From sequence record k141_80999: a stretch of 13,319 bases of DNA; one strand, given 5' to 3'. The stretch's first letter is position 1. Each line of letters starts with the position of its first letter. The position numbers were made by a program, and so were the translations under genes. This document shows positions 1 through 6,955 of the stretch, piece after piece. Under the pieces are notes generated by a model. That model was not told the DNA's origin, ran no database searches, and saw only the letters and a list, made by a program, of their open reading frames with translations. The DNA is from a metagenome.

Positions 1-9
1 ACGAGACGA

Positions 10-23
10 CGCGCGCGCGCGCG
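10..23. repeat. (CG)7 alternating purine-pyrimidine tract
   Basis: Read directly at the window start. Confidence 0.9.
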
Positions 24-217
24 GTCCACGACGAGACGCCCACACTCGCCCCACACACAAAACGAACAAAAAAGTTGATCGGGTCATGTTTGTTACCCTT
101 TCGTGTTTTCTACGTCGTGAACAGGAGGGGCGAATCGGTCAGTGGTCTCGTCCCACACACCAGTCGAAGTCGAATCGAGAAAGTCGTGGAACGTCTCTCG
201 AGTCGCGAGTCCTAACT

Positions 218-290
218 CACCTCCACAGGGATTCGAACCCTGGTCTACAGGGTGAAAGCCTGCCGTGATAACCATCTACACTATAGAGAA
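218..290 (-). tRNA. tRNA-Glu, anticodon UUC, 73 nt, no encoded CCA
   Basis: The minus strand reads TTCTCTA-TA-GTGTAGATGGTTATCAC-G-GCAGG-CTTTCAC-CCTGT-AGAC-CAGGG-TTCGAAT-CCCTG-TGGAGGT-G. The T arm contains a perfect B box (GGTTCGAATCC). The A box is TAGTGTAGATGG. The 5-bp anticodon stem carries loop CUUUCAC, giving anticodon UUC. The variable loop is 4 nt, as is usual for tRNA-Glu. The acceptor stem is weak, with a U1-U72 mismatch and two G-U pairs. Confidence 0.8.
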
Positions 291-398
291 CCGCTCGATG
301 AAATCATCGCAGCGATCGTGTGTTCTCTGAGAATGATCGGCAATTGTGATGCTTCCGCCAGTCGCACATATTAATTCGTGCGCTGTATGTATTGGGGA

Positions 399-424
399 GC
401 TCTTGCAGGGATTCGAACGCGCTG
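399..424 (-). other. Orphan tRNA T-arm / B-box-like fragment (possible tRNA remnant)
   Basis: Plus strand 406-418 (cagggattcgaac) is identical to 226-238 inside the tRNA-Glu T arm. On the minus strand it reads CAGCGCGTTCGAATCCCTGCAAGAGC. The 5' side of the T stem does not pair, and I found no D arm, anticodon arm or complementary 5' acceptor strand nearby. Confidence 0.3.
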
Positions 425-557
425 GGGTGTATACCACCGCGTGGACGTAGGGTTCGTGAGTGAAAGTTATGGGTGTGCCGTTGTCGATGGCTGGCGACGG
501 ACCGCGCGCGTTTCCGTTTCCGTTTCCTTCCGACGTCGGTCGTCACTCGGCGGTCGG

Positions 558-2021
558 ATGACGACGAAAACGACGACGACGCGGAGGAAACGCGCGCGCG
601 ATGAAGACGACGAAACCGACGACGCGGTGAAGACGACGACGAAACCGACGAAACCGACGACGAAACCGACGACGTGTCCGTACCTGGACACGATCGACGC
701 GCACGCGCTGGGGAATTTCGATTTTGAGAAAAAGTGCGCCGTGTCCCTGTCCCCGATCAACGTGTACGCGTGCCTGACGTGCGGGAAGTATTACGCGGGA
801 CGAGGACGGGCGACGCACGCGTACGCGCACGCGTTGGAGTCGTCGCATCACCTGTTCATGCGGTTGAGGGATGGGAAGACGTGGTGTCTGCCGGATGGGT
901 ACGAGGTGACGGGGGACGAGGGCGGGGACGCGTCGGCGTCGTTGCGACGGATTCGTGAGGTATTGAGGCCGACGTACGAGGAAGAGTACGTCAAGGAGAC
1001 GCTGGAACGACGGTCGACGTGGCGTCGAGCGTTGGATGGAACGGAATTCTTGGTCGGGTGCGTCGGGTTGAACAGAGTCTCCGCGGCGTACGAGTCGACG
1101 AGCGAATCGTCGGCGAGAGATTTCGGCGCGAGCGCGGTTTTACAGGCACTCAATCGCGTTCCTCTGTTGCGTCGCGCGCTGTTACTGCACGACGACTCTT
1201 CGGACTCGGACTCTTCGTTATTCGGCGCCTTGTCGTCGCTGACGAAGAAGATTTGGAACGAGAAAAACTTCAAGGGTCACTCGAGTCCGCACGAGTTTGC
1301 GCGCGCCGCGCGGGAACGCGCGGGAAAGACGGGGGCGTCGCTCATGAACGGCGACGCGGCGCAGTTCACGCGGTGGTTGCTCAACGAACTCATCAGGGAT
1401 GAAAAGAAGAAGAGCGCGACGAAGCATTCCGTGGTCGAGTCGTGTTTCCGAGGGCGAATCGAAATCCTCGACGCCGACGCCGACGACGCGAAAAAAGTCG
1501 CGCCGTTTCTCACGCTCACAGTGGACCTCCCGGACGCGCCTCTGTTCCAGGACGTCATGGAAAAGAAAATCATCCCGCAAGTGTCCCTCGAGCACAAACT
1601 TTTGAAAAAGTTTGACGGCGTCACCGTCGATCCCAAGACGCGTAAACGGTACCGGTTGCGCGAGTTGCCGCCGTACCTCGTCGTCGTCGTCTCCAGATTC
1701 GCCAAGAATAACTTCTTCGTCGAGAAGAATCCCACCATCGTCACCTTCCCGACGCGCGGATTAAACCTCGCCGCGCACATTCCCGTCCCCGCCGGCGACG
1801 AGACGTCGGCGACGTACGATTTAATCGCCAACGTCGCGCACGACGGGACGCCCGAAAACGGCTCGTACCGCGCGCACGCGCTTCACGCGCCGGACAACGC
1901 GTGGTACGAGATTCAAGATTTAATCGTGCAGGAGGTGTTGCCGCAACAGGTGACGCTCGCGGAAACCTTCATACAGATTTACGAGCGGCGCCGAGAGGAG
2001 GCGCGAGCGCGTTCACCGTAG
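558..2021 (+). CDS. USP39: U4/U6.U5 tri-snRNP-associated protein 2 (USP39/SAD1-like inactive ubiquitin hydrolase)
   Basis: This is the first ATG inside ORF 378..2021, which opens on GTG. A ZnF-UBP region is present (CPYLDTID...YACLTCGKYYAGRGRATHAYAHALESSHH). The USP fold lacks the catalytic Cys (GLNRVSAAY where active USPs have GLxNLGNTCY). The His box reads YDLIANVAHDGTPENGSYRAHALH, with GSY instead of GHY, as in USP39. The stop is TAG at 2019-2021. Confidence 0.85.
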   Translation: MTTKTTTTRRKRARDEDDETDDAVKTTTKPTKPTTKPTTCPYLDTIDAHALGNFDFEKKCAVSLSPINVYACLTCGKYYAGRGRATHAYAHALESSHHLFMRLRDGKTWCLPDGYEVTGDEGGDASASLRRIREVLRPTYEEEYVKETLERRSTWRRALDGTEFLVGCVGLNRVSAAYESTSESSARDFGASAVLQALNRVPLLRRALLLHDDSSDSDSSLFGALSSLTKKIWNEKNFKGHSSPHEFARAARERAGKTGASLMNGDAAQFTRWLLNELIRDEKKKSATKHSVVESCFRGRIEILDADADDAKKVAPFLTLTVDLPDAPLFQDVMEKKIIPQVSLEHKLLKKFDGVTVDPKTRKRYRLRELPPYLVVVVSRFAKNNFFVEKNPTIVTFPTRGLNLAAHIPVPAGDETSATYDLIANVAHDGTPENGSYRAHALHAPDNAWYEIQDLIVQEVLPQQVTLAETFIQIYERRREEARARSP

Positions 2022-2063
2022 CAGTAGACGTAGTAATTCACACGCAAAAAATAGTATACACTA

Positions 2064-2861
2064 CTAGTTCGACGACCACCCGAGCGCTCTCTTCGCGTTC
2101 TCCAACTCGGCCTCGATCACGGGCGCGTCCGCGACGAGCGCCCCGGGACTATTCTCCACCGCGCCGTGATCGGTCTCGCCTCGAAACGAGTACACGACGC
2201 GCCACTCGAGCGCGCGCGCCTCCACCGGCCCGAACGTCCTCGAATCCTCGTGTCTCACCCCCCCACCGTCCTCACCCATCGCGTCCGCGTCCGCCGTCAC
2301 CCACGCGTGATCTTTCGGCACCACGTACACGTTCGCGTTCACCGCGTCCACGAGCTCGTCTCCCTCCGTCGCGCTCACGCGGCGCACGAGCGTCCTCGAC
2401 GCGTCCGTCGGGTGCGTGAACGCGACGACGTCGCCGACCGACGCGCTTCGAAACGGGTGCGCGAGACGTCGCGCGAGTACGTGCGCGTCCTTTGTCGCCC
2501 TCGTCGTCGACGACGACGATGCGCCGCCTCGAAGCGTCGGCGACATGGCGTCGCCTCGAAACGCGAAGACGCGCGTCATGTCATCCTCCCCCACCGCGCG
2601 CACCGCCTCGGCGAACGGGGCGTCGGCCGTCGACCTCGACGCGCGCGCGCCGAGCGCGGTGGGATCGTCCGCGCTCGTTCGCGACTCGTCGTCGGACGCG
2701 TCGTCGGCGGCGGCGAGCGATCGTCGTCGCGGTGCCGACGGGGACGGGGACGGGGACGGGGACGTCGTCGCGGCGCGAGGCGCGCGCGCGGCGACGAGGG
2801 CGGGGAGGAAGAGCGTCATCACGCGCTCCCACGCGTAGGACAGGCGCAGGGGGGCGCCCAT
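2064..2861 (-). CDS. Signal peptidase I (S26) family protein, mitochondrial inner membrane protease IMP1/IMP2-like
   Basis: ATG at 2861-2859 and TAG at 2066-2064. S26 boxes are present: GDAMSPTL (Ser nucleophile box), VGDVVAF, LVRRVSATEGDEL (the KRxxGxxGD box, but with R at the K position), and VPKDHAWVTADA...DSRTFGPV. The N-terminal segment is hydrophobic and is followed by an (SP)n tract. Confidence 0.75.
   Translation of the reverse strand: MGAPLRLSYAWERVMTLFLPALVAARAPRAATTSPSPSPSPSAPRRRSLAAADDASDDESRTSADDPTALGARASRSTADAPFAEAVRAVGEDDMTRVFAFRGDAMSPTLRGGASSSSTTRATKDAHVLARRLAHPFRSASVGDVVAFTHPTDASRTLVRRVSATEGDELVDAVNANVYVVPKDHAWVTADADAMGEDGGGVRHEDSRTFGPVEARALEWRVVYSFRGETDHGAVENSPGALVADAPVIEAELENAKRALGWSSN
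2737..2763. repeat. (GACGGG)4.5 hexanucleotide repeat inside the S26 peptidase CDS, encoding (SP)n
   Basis: Read directly. It corresponds to SPSPSPSPS in the minus-strand protein. Confidence 0.95.
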
Positions 2862-2976
2862 GGGTGGAGAGCGGTGAGGTGTGAGGCGCGTCGCGCGAGG
2901 GCGGGCGAGACGCCGGCGGACGCGCGGGACGGTCGGTCGATGCGCGCATTCGTCGCTATCGATTCGTTCGTGGGTG

Positions 2977-2981
2977 TTACA
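2977..2981 (-). terminator. TGTAA putative polyadenylation signal for the fucosyltransferase gene
   Basis: Plus-strand ttaca lies 91 nt downstream of the stop at 3072 on the minus strand. Confidence 0.4.
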
Positions 2982-3071
2982 GTGAACGCTAGTGGGGGGG
3001 AGGACGCGGGTGGGGTGGTCGTCGCTGGGTGTGTTCGTCGTGATGGTGCGTCGACGACGGCGGCGGCGGTT

Positions 3072-5144
3072 CTAACTCGACGCGTCGGCGGTTTCCGCTC
3101 GGCGCGGCGGCGATTGCGTCTCGGCGGCGGCGGCGGCGGCGGCGGCGGCGCGTCTGGCGCGTCTGGCGCGTTGACGTTCCAGTGCGGTATTATCATCGTC
3201 GTCGGCGGCGGCGGAATCGGCGGGCTTTGCCGCTTGTTCTTCCGCGGGCTTCGGTTCCTCGACGACCGGCGCCGGCGAGGCGAGTCGCTCCTCCTTCGTC
3301 TTCGCCTCGGGCTCTTCCTTCGCCTTGACCGCCGCCTCGGACTCGGGCTCTTCCTTCGCCTTGGCCGCCGCCTTCGCCTTGGCCGCCTCGGCGCGTCTCT
3401 CGGCGCCGCGTCGGCGTTTCTCCTCCGGCGAGACGATCGCTTTTTCGCCGATCGGTGTCTCTCGCCATTTGAAGCACTCGTCCGTCGGATCGTGCTTCTC
3501 AGAGCAAGGAATGACTTCCAGAAAGTCGGTCGGATCCCTCGGACGCCGTCTGTCGATGTCGTCAATCGTCCACGCCAGCGGGTTCCTGCCGAGAATTCGA
3601 TCGTGGTCGCACGTGCCCTTGATGGGCGCCGCCTTGGGGTACACCACGTCGCCCTTTTGAAGGACGGAGCACACGCCAGCCTTGATATCCGTGCTCATGA
3701 CGCGCAAGAGCTTGCGGAATCCCTCGGACCACTCGCGCGGGTGTTGGTATCGCCAGTTGGTGTAACTCGCGTACTTTTGCTCGTCGCGCGCGATGGCGCG
3801 GAGCTCTTCGACTAAAGCATCGATGCTATCGTAATCGCGAATATCGATGTACGAATTCTTCGTCGGCATCATGTCGCCGATGGACGACGCACCCATGTAA
3901 ATGGGAATGGAGCCTCGCGAGAGCGCCATCCAAACCTTCTCCGTCATGTATCCCTCGCACGCCGCGGCGTTCTCCATGGCGAAATAAAACATGTATCGAG
4001 CCATCTTGGTTTGATAGACGATGTTCTCCACCCCTCGTCCGGGTAACCCTCTGGGCGCCTTGTAGTTGTGCATGCACACCCCCATGGAAAACACCGGAAA
4101 GCGCTCGGCGATGTGCGCGAGCATCCCCGGTCGCGGTGGCAGACAATCGATGGCAATCCACGCCACGCCGGGGATGCGCTCCGAGTGCGGCATCGTGTAC
4201 GCGGGAAAACTCTCCGTCATGGTGTTCAGCGTCGGCCCGAAGGGCCACCAAATCGCAGACTTACTCTTGTCGAAATACGCCACGTAATCAAACTTGCCGA
4301 CGACCTTGCGCGAGCGCAAGTCGCCGCCAAACGTCCCCGCGGCTTCGTGGGCAAAGTAAATGTCCACCTGACCGGGGTGCGTTTTCTCCGGTTTCAAGTA
4401 CTCGCCGTCCTTTGCCTTGCGCTTACCGCGCCAGAGGTATCCAGATTGGCTGAACACGCGCACGTCCGAGTCGAGGGCGTCGTCGCACCCAATCTTGATG
4501 CGCTCCACGCACAACCCCGGGCGAAATAACATCCCGAACCCTTTGGCGTACACCGAGTCCCAGTTTTGTGCCGGCATGTCTATGCACATGGTGAATCCCG
4601 TCTTGGACCCGCTCACGACCGGTGGATGCGCGTACTCGTTCGCGCCGAGCGCGGCGTCGTACCCGTGAAACGTATCCGGCAGGTACGCGTGCGCCACCGG
4701 ATCCATGCCCGCCGCCACCGCTAAGAGATCCGTCTTACCCTGCGGATTCCACCAGTACACCGGTTTTACCCTCGCTCGTCGTCCACGCGTACGTCCTAAA
4801 TCCGCGTCCTCGACCTCACCGCCCAGTCTCGCGTCGGCGCGCGTCCCGCCGGATGCCGATCGCGTCGTCGCCGCGCCCATCACCGCCACCACCACCGCGC
4901 ACGCCAACGCGCTCGCGACCCGACGCGCGGACCACGAACGCACACCGCATCGTTCGCTCCGACGTCCCACCGCCGACTCCACGTCCTCGCGTCCCTCGTC
5001 GTCACCGCGAGGCGGACGACGCGCGTCGTCGTCGTCGTCGTCGTCATCGATCGAGCGCGGAGAACGCACGGCACCGGTCGCGCGTTCGCGCGCGCCTTCG
5101 TCGCGCGTCAAGAGAGACGCGCGCTCCTCCTCTCGAGACCCCAT
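3072..5144 (-). CDS. GT10-family alpha-1,3/4-fucosyltransferase-like, type II membrane protein with a low-complexity C-terminal tail
   Basis: This is the first ATG (5144-5142) inside ORF 3072..5258, which opens on GTG. The GT10 motif region reads MARYMFYFAMENAAACEGYMTEKVWMALSRGSIPIYMG (compare FYLAFENSxxxDYVTEKxW). The upstream segment is AWIAIDCLPPRPGMLAHIAERFPVFSMGVCMHN. One TM helix (ASALACAVVVAVMGAA) follows an acidic cytosolic tail. The C-terminal ~130 aa are Lys/Glu/Ala/Pro-rich. Confidence 0.8.
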   Translation of the reverse strand: MGSREEERASLLTRDEGARERATGAVRSPRSIDDDDDDDDARRPPRGDDEGREDVESAVGRRSERCGVRSWSARRVASALACAVVVAVMGAATTRSASGGTRADARLGGEVEDADLGRTRGRRARVKPVYWWNPQGKTDLLAVAAGMDPVAHAYLPDTFHGYDAALGANEYAHPPVVSGSKTGFTMCIDMPAQNWDSVYAKGFGMLFRPGLCVERIKIGCDDALDSDVRVFSQSGYLWRGKRKAKDGEYLKPEKTHPGQVDIYFAHEAAGTFGGDLRSRKVVGKFDYVAYFDKSKSAIWWPFGPTLNTMTESFPAYTMPHSERIPGVAWIAIDCLPPRPGMLAHIAERFPVFSMGVCMHNYKAPRGLPGRGVENIVYQTKMARYMFYFAMENAAACEGYMTEKVWMALSRGSIPIYMGASSIGDMMPTKNSYIDIRDYDSIDALVEELRAIARDEQKYASYTNWRYQHPREWSEGFRKLLRVMSTDIKAGVCSVLQKGDVVYPKAAPIKGTCDHDRILGRNPLAWTIDDIDRRRPRDPTDFLEVIPCSEKHDPTDECFKWRETPIGEKAIVSPEEKRRRGAERRAEAAKAKAAAKAKEEPESEAAVKAKEEPEAKTKEERLASPAPVVEEPKPAEEQAAKPADSAAADDDDNTALERQRARRARRAAAAAAAAAETQSPPRRAETADASS
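3123..3149. repeat. (GGC)9 trinucleotide repeat inside the fucosyltransferase CDS, encoding Ala9
   Basis: Read directly. It corresponds to AAAAAAAAA in the minus-strand protein. Confidence 0.95.
3306..3363. repeat. 22-bp direct repeat (ctcgggctcttccttcgccttg) at 3306-3327 and 3342-3363
   Basis: Read directly. It encodes the duplicated KAKEEPE unit in the fucosyltransferase C-terminal tail. Confidence 0.9.
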
Positions 5145-5373
5145 CGCTCGCGCGCGCGTCGCGACGCGCGGCGTGTGACGACGGCCGCGCGCGCGCGCGT
5201 AACACCAATCGATGCGCGCGCGCGAGTCCCACCGTCGTGATGAGTCATGACCCGTCACGTGGTGGTTTTATCATGGGTGCGCGCGCGCGTGATGCGTGAC
5301 GGCGTTCAGATGCGCTCGAATACGAAGCTTTCGGCGGTGCCCGCGCGCGCGCGGTGGCACACGACGACGCGCG
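5145..5373. promoter_or_regulatory. Divergent (head-to-head) promoter region between the fucosyltransferase and the uncharacterised gene
   Basis: This is the 229-bp spacer between two divergent ATGs. It contains CCAAT (5205-5209), the perfect palindrome ATGAGTCAT (5240-5248), CACGTG (5256-5261) and TGACG (5297-5301). It also has four alternating CG tracts of 11-14 nt (5186-5199, 5214-5224, 5279-5289, 5342-5353). Confidence 0.5.
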
Positions 5374-6828
5374 ATGGCGACGCGCGGACGCGTCGGACGC
5401 GTCGAGCGCGCGACCGTGAGGGCGACGGGGCGAAGTAGACGACCGCGGTGTGAGGTTCGAGCGACTCGGGACGCGGTCGGGACGACGCGCGGGCGCGCGA
5501 AAGATGACGATGATTACGATGACGACCCGCGGGATGAATGGGACGCGTCGGCGTCGTCGTCGGCGTGGGAACGAGGAGGAGGAGGAGGAGGAGGTCGGAA
5601 GAGACAGTATCTTCGATTGGTGCGAGACGACGAGGACGATTCGTGGCGTTTACAATCGGCTGAACTCACGCTGCGGACGAGGCGCGCCGACGACGCGAGG
5701 ACGCTCCGCGTGTGCGCGTTGGTGCACTACGGCGACGCGGCGTATTACGAGGACGTGGCGAAAGATTTCGGAACGCGGCGACGGTCGGTGACGTCGACGA
5801 GCGCGACGCTCGCGGAGTTGATCACGTCGAGAGAGAATTTGTGCGCGTCGGAGGACGATTTGAAACTGTGGCGACTGAGCGTGGACTTGGCGCCGACGCC
5901 CGAGGCGCGAGCGTTGGCGCGAGCGCACGGTTTGCGGGCGCAGATGGACGCGCTGGATGCGAAATCTGAGGGTTTTTACGTCGCGGACGTGACGCGAGAG
6001 GAACTCATCGCGTTGCGCGAGGAGGCGGGCGAACTCGGGTCGACGCGCGCGGCGGAGACGGCGCGAAATAAGAACGCGAGCGTGGCGACGAGCGGAGGGA
6101 AGGCGTTACCGCCCGCGCTCGAGGCGATGGCGGTGACCGCGCTCGGCCGCGCGAGCGGTGGTGATCCGGGTAAAATCATCGCGCGTCTCAGTTGTTGGTT
6201 CGTGCCGTGTCCCGAGGCGCACTTGTTGTTGCTCGACTGGGTGTGGGCGGGCGGACGACCGTCCAACGTCTTGGGCGCCATGGTGGACTGCTGCGCGTCG
6301 GGAGACTTGGAGAGCGCGCGCCGATTGGCGTTCGCGCAGATGATCGTCAGCGCGCAGGCTGAGGGGCCCGTCGGCGGCGGCGCGGCGGAGCCCGTCCTCG
6401 TCGCTCGCCGAAACGACGTCGCCATTGACGGCGTGAAAAAGGCGTTCAAATCATCCGGCGTGGACGAAGTGAATCTTCTCTACGGTGGTCTGCACGTGCC
6501 AGGTCTCGTTCGATGCGCGAGAGAGCGTTTAGACATGGATGTCGTCGACACCGCGTGGCGAGACGCGTGGCGCGTGCAACCGCCGAAAAACGCGTCGCCG
6601 TTACGATACGCCATCGTGCCCATTCTCCTAGGCGTCGACGGCACCGATTGGGCGCAGACGCTGCACGACGCCGTCGCTCTCGGTCCGAGCGCCGGCGTAC
6701 TCAGTCTTTTCCTGTACATCGTTCGCCACGGCGCGCTCTATTACGCCCTCGGCAAATGGTTGCTCGAATGGAATCGCCAACTCTTCGACGCCGACGTCGG
6801 ACCGTCTCCCGAAAACGTCACCGAGTGA
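5374..6828 (+). CDS. Uncharacterised conserved-looking protein with an Arg-rich transit-peptide-like N-terminus and hydrophobic C-terminus; faint TraB/GumN-like motifs
   Basis: This is the first ATG inside ORF 5296..6828, which opens on GTG. It is a long ORF with the GC-rich third codon positions seen in the neighbouring genes. The motifs RVCALVHYGDAAYYEDV and VNLLYGGLHVPGL are reminiscent, from memory only, of TraB/GumN-type proteins. Predicted C-terminal helices are YAIVPILLGV and AGVLSLFLYIV. Confidence 0.6.
   Translation: MATRGRVGRVERATVRATGRSRRPRCEVRATRDAVGTTRGRAKDDDDYDDDPRDEWDASASSSAWERGGGGGGGRKRQYLRLVRDDEDDSWRLQSAELTLRTRRADDARTLRVCALVHYGDAAYYEDVAKDFGTRRRSVTSTSATLAELITSRENLCASEDDLKLWRLSVDLAPTPEARALARAHGLRAQMDALDAKSEGFYVADVTREELIALREEAGELGSTRAAETARNKNASVATSGGKALPPALEAMAVTALGRASGGDPGKIIARLSCWFVPCPEAHLLLLDWVWAGGRPSNVLGAMVDCCASGDLESARRLAFAQMIVSAQAEGPVGGGAAEPVLVARRNDVAIDGVKKAFKSSGVDEVNLLYGGLHVPGLVRCARERLDMDVVDTAWRDAWRVQPPKNASPLRYAIVPILLGVDGTDWAQTLHDAVALGPSAGVLSLFLYIVRHGALYYALGKWLLEWNRQLFDADVGPSPENVTE
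5573..5593. repeat. (GAG)7 trinucleotide repeat inside CDS 5374..6828, read as GGA/GGT codons to give Gly7
   Basis: Read directly. It corresponds to GGGGGGG in the protein. Confidence 0.95.
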
Positions 6829-6955
6829 ATGCACGCGTTTGACGCTCGCTGTTGTTGTTGTAGTACGAGTATTCGCGTGATAATGGCCATCGCCGTCGTA
6901 CCTCGGCGCGGCGCTCGGATTCGCGTCTCGTCCCCGACGAATCTCTCCTCACACC

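Noticed and set aside
86-275. Two 60-aa ORFs (86..268 + and 93..275 -) in the first 300 bp
   Set aside because: They overlap the tRNA-Glu gene and its trailer and are short, with no coding signature.
363-382. Hairpin cgcac-atattaattc-gtgcg with a TATA-like loop, considered as a regulatory element
   Set aside because: It has only a 5-bp stem. It could be a TATA-like element for either the tRNA or the USP39-like gene, but nothing in the sequence alone distinguishes this from chance.
218-430. A circularly permuted tRNA gene, with the T-arm fragment at 399-424 as an upstream 3' half and the downstream sequence as a 5' half
   Set aside because: The tRNA-Glu at 218-290 is a complete colinear cloverleaf on its own. 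I found no 5' acceptor strand complementary to CAAGAGC. It is kept as a low-confidence finding that needs a proper predictor, not as a call.
378-557. N-terminal 60 codons of ORF 378..2021, and similar 5' extensions at 5258, 5296, 8983, 10760 and 13301
   Set aside because: These track starts are GTG or TTG codons, which I checked base by base. In a eukaryotic nuclear gene the first in-frame ATG is the sensible start. The 378-557 extension also runs through the tRNA-like fragment.
2737-2763. Short tandem repeats (GACGGG, GGC, GAG, the 22-bp repeat) considered as CRISPR-like or mobile-element signatures
   Set aside because: All are in-frame coding microsatellites that give SP, Ala, Gly or KAKEEPE tracts. 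There are no spacer-separated repeats, terminal inverted repeats, transposase or integrase genes.
2819-3565. 248-aa minus-strand ORF overlapping the fucosyltransferase tail in another frame
   Set aside because: It is almost pure Arg/Pro/Ser repeat (RRRRRPRRRKSPSPRRRSRRRKSPRRRRRR), generated by the same DNA repeats that encode the KAKEEPE tail. The fucosyltransferase frame is continuous with a recognisable catalytic domain.
2166-3815. 549-aa ORF on the + strand, the longest non-annotated ORF in the window
   Set aside because: It lies antisense to the S26 peptidase and fucosyltransferase genes. Its translation is Arg/Gly/Leu-rich low-complexity sequence (RRRRRRCAASKRRRHG, GGGGGGGGG) with no recognisable domain. 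Long stop-free antisense frames are expected at this GC content.
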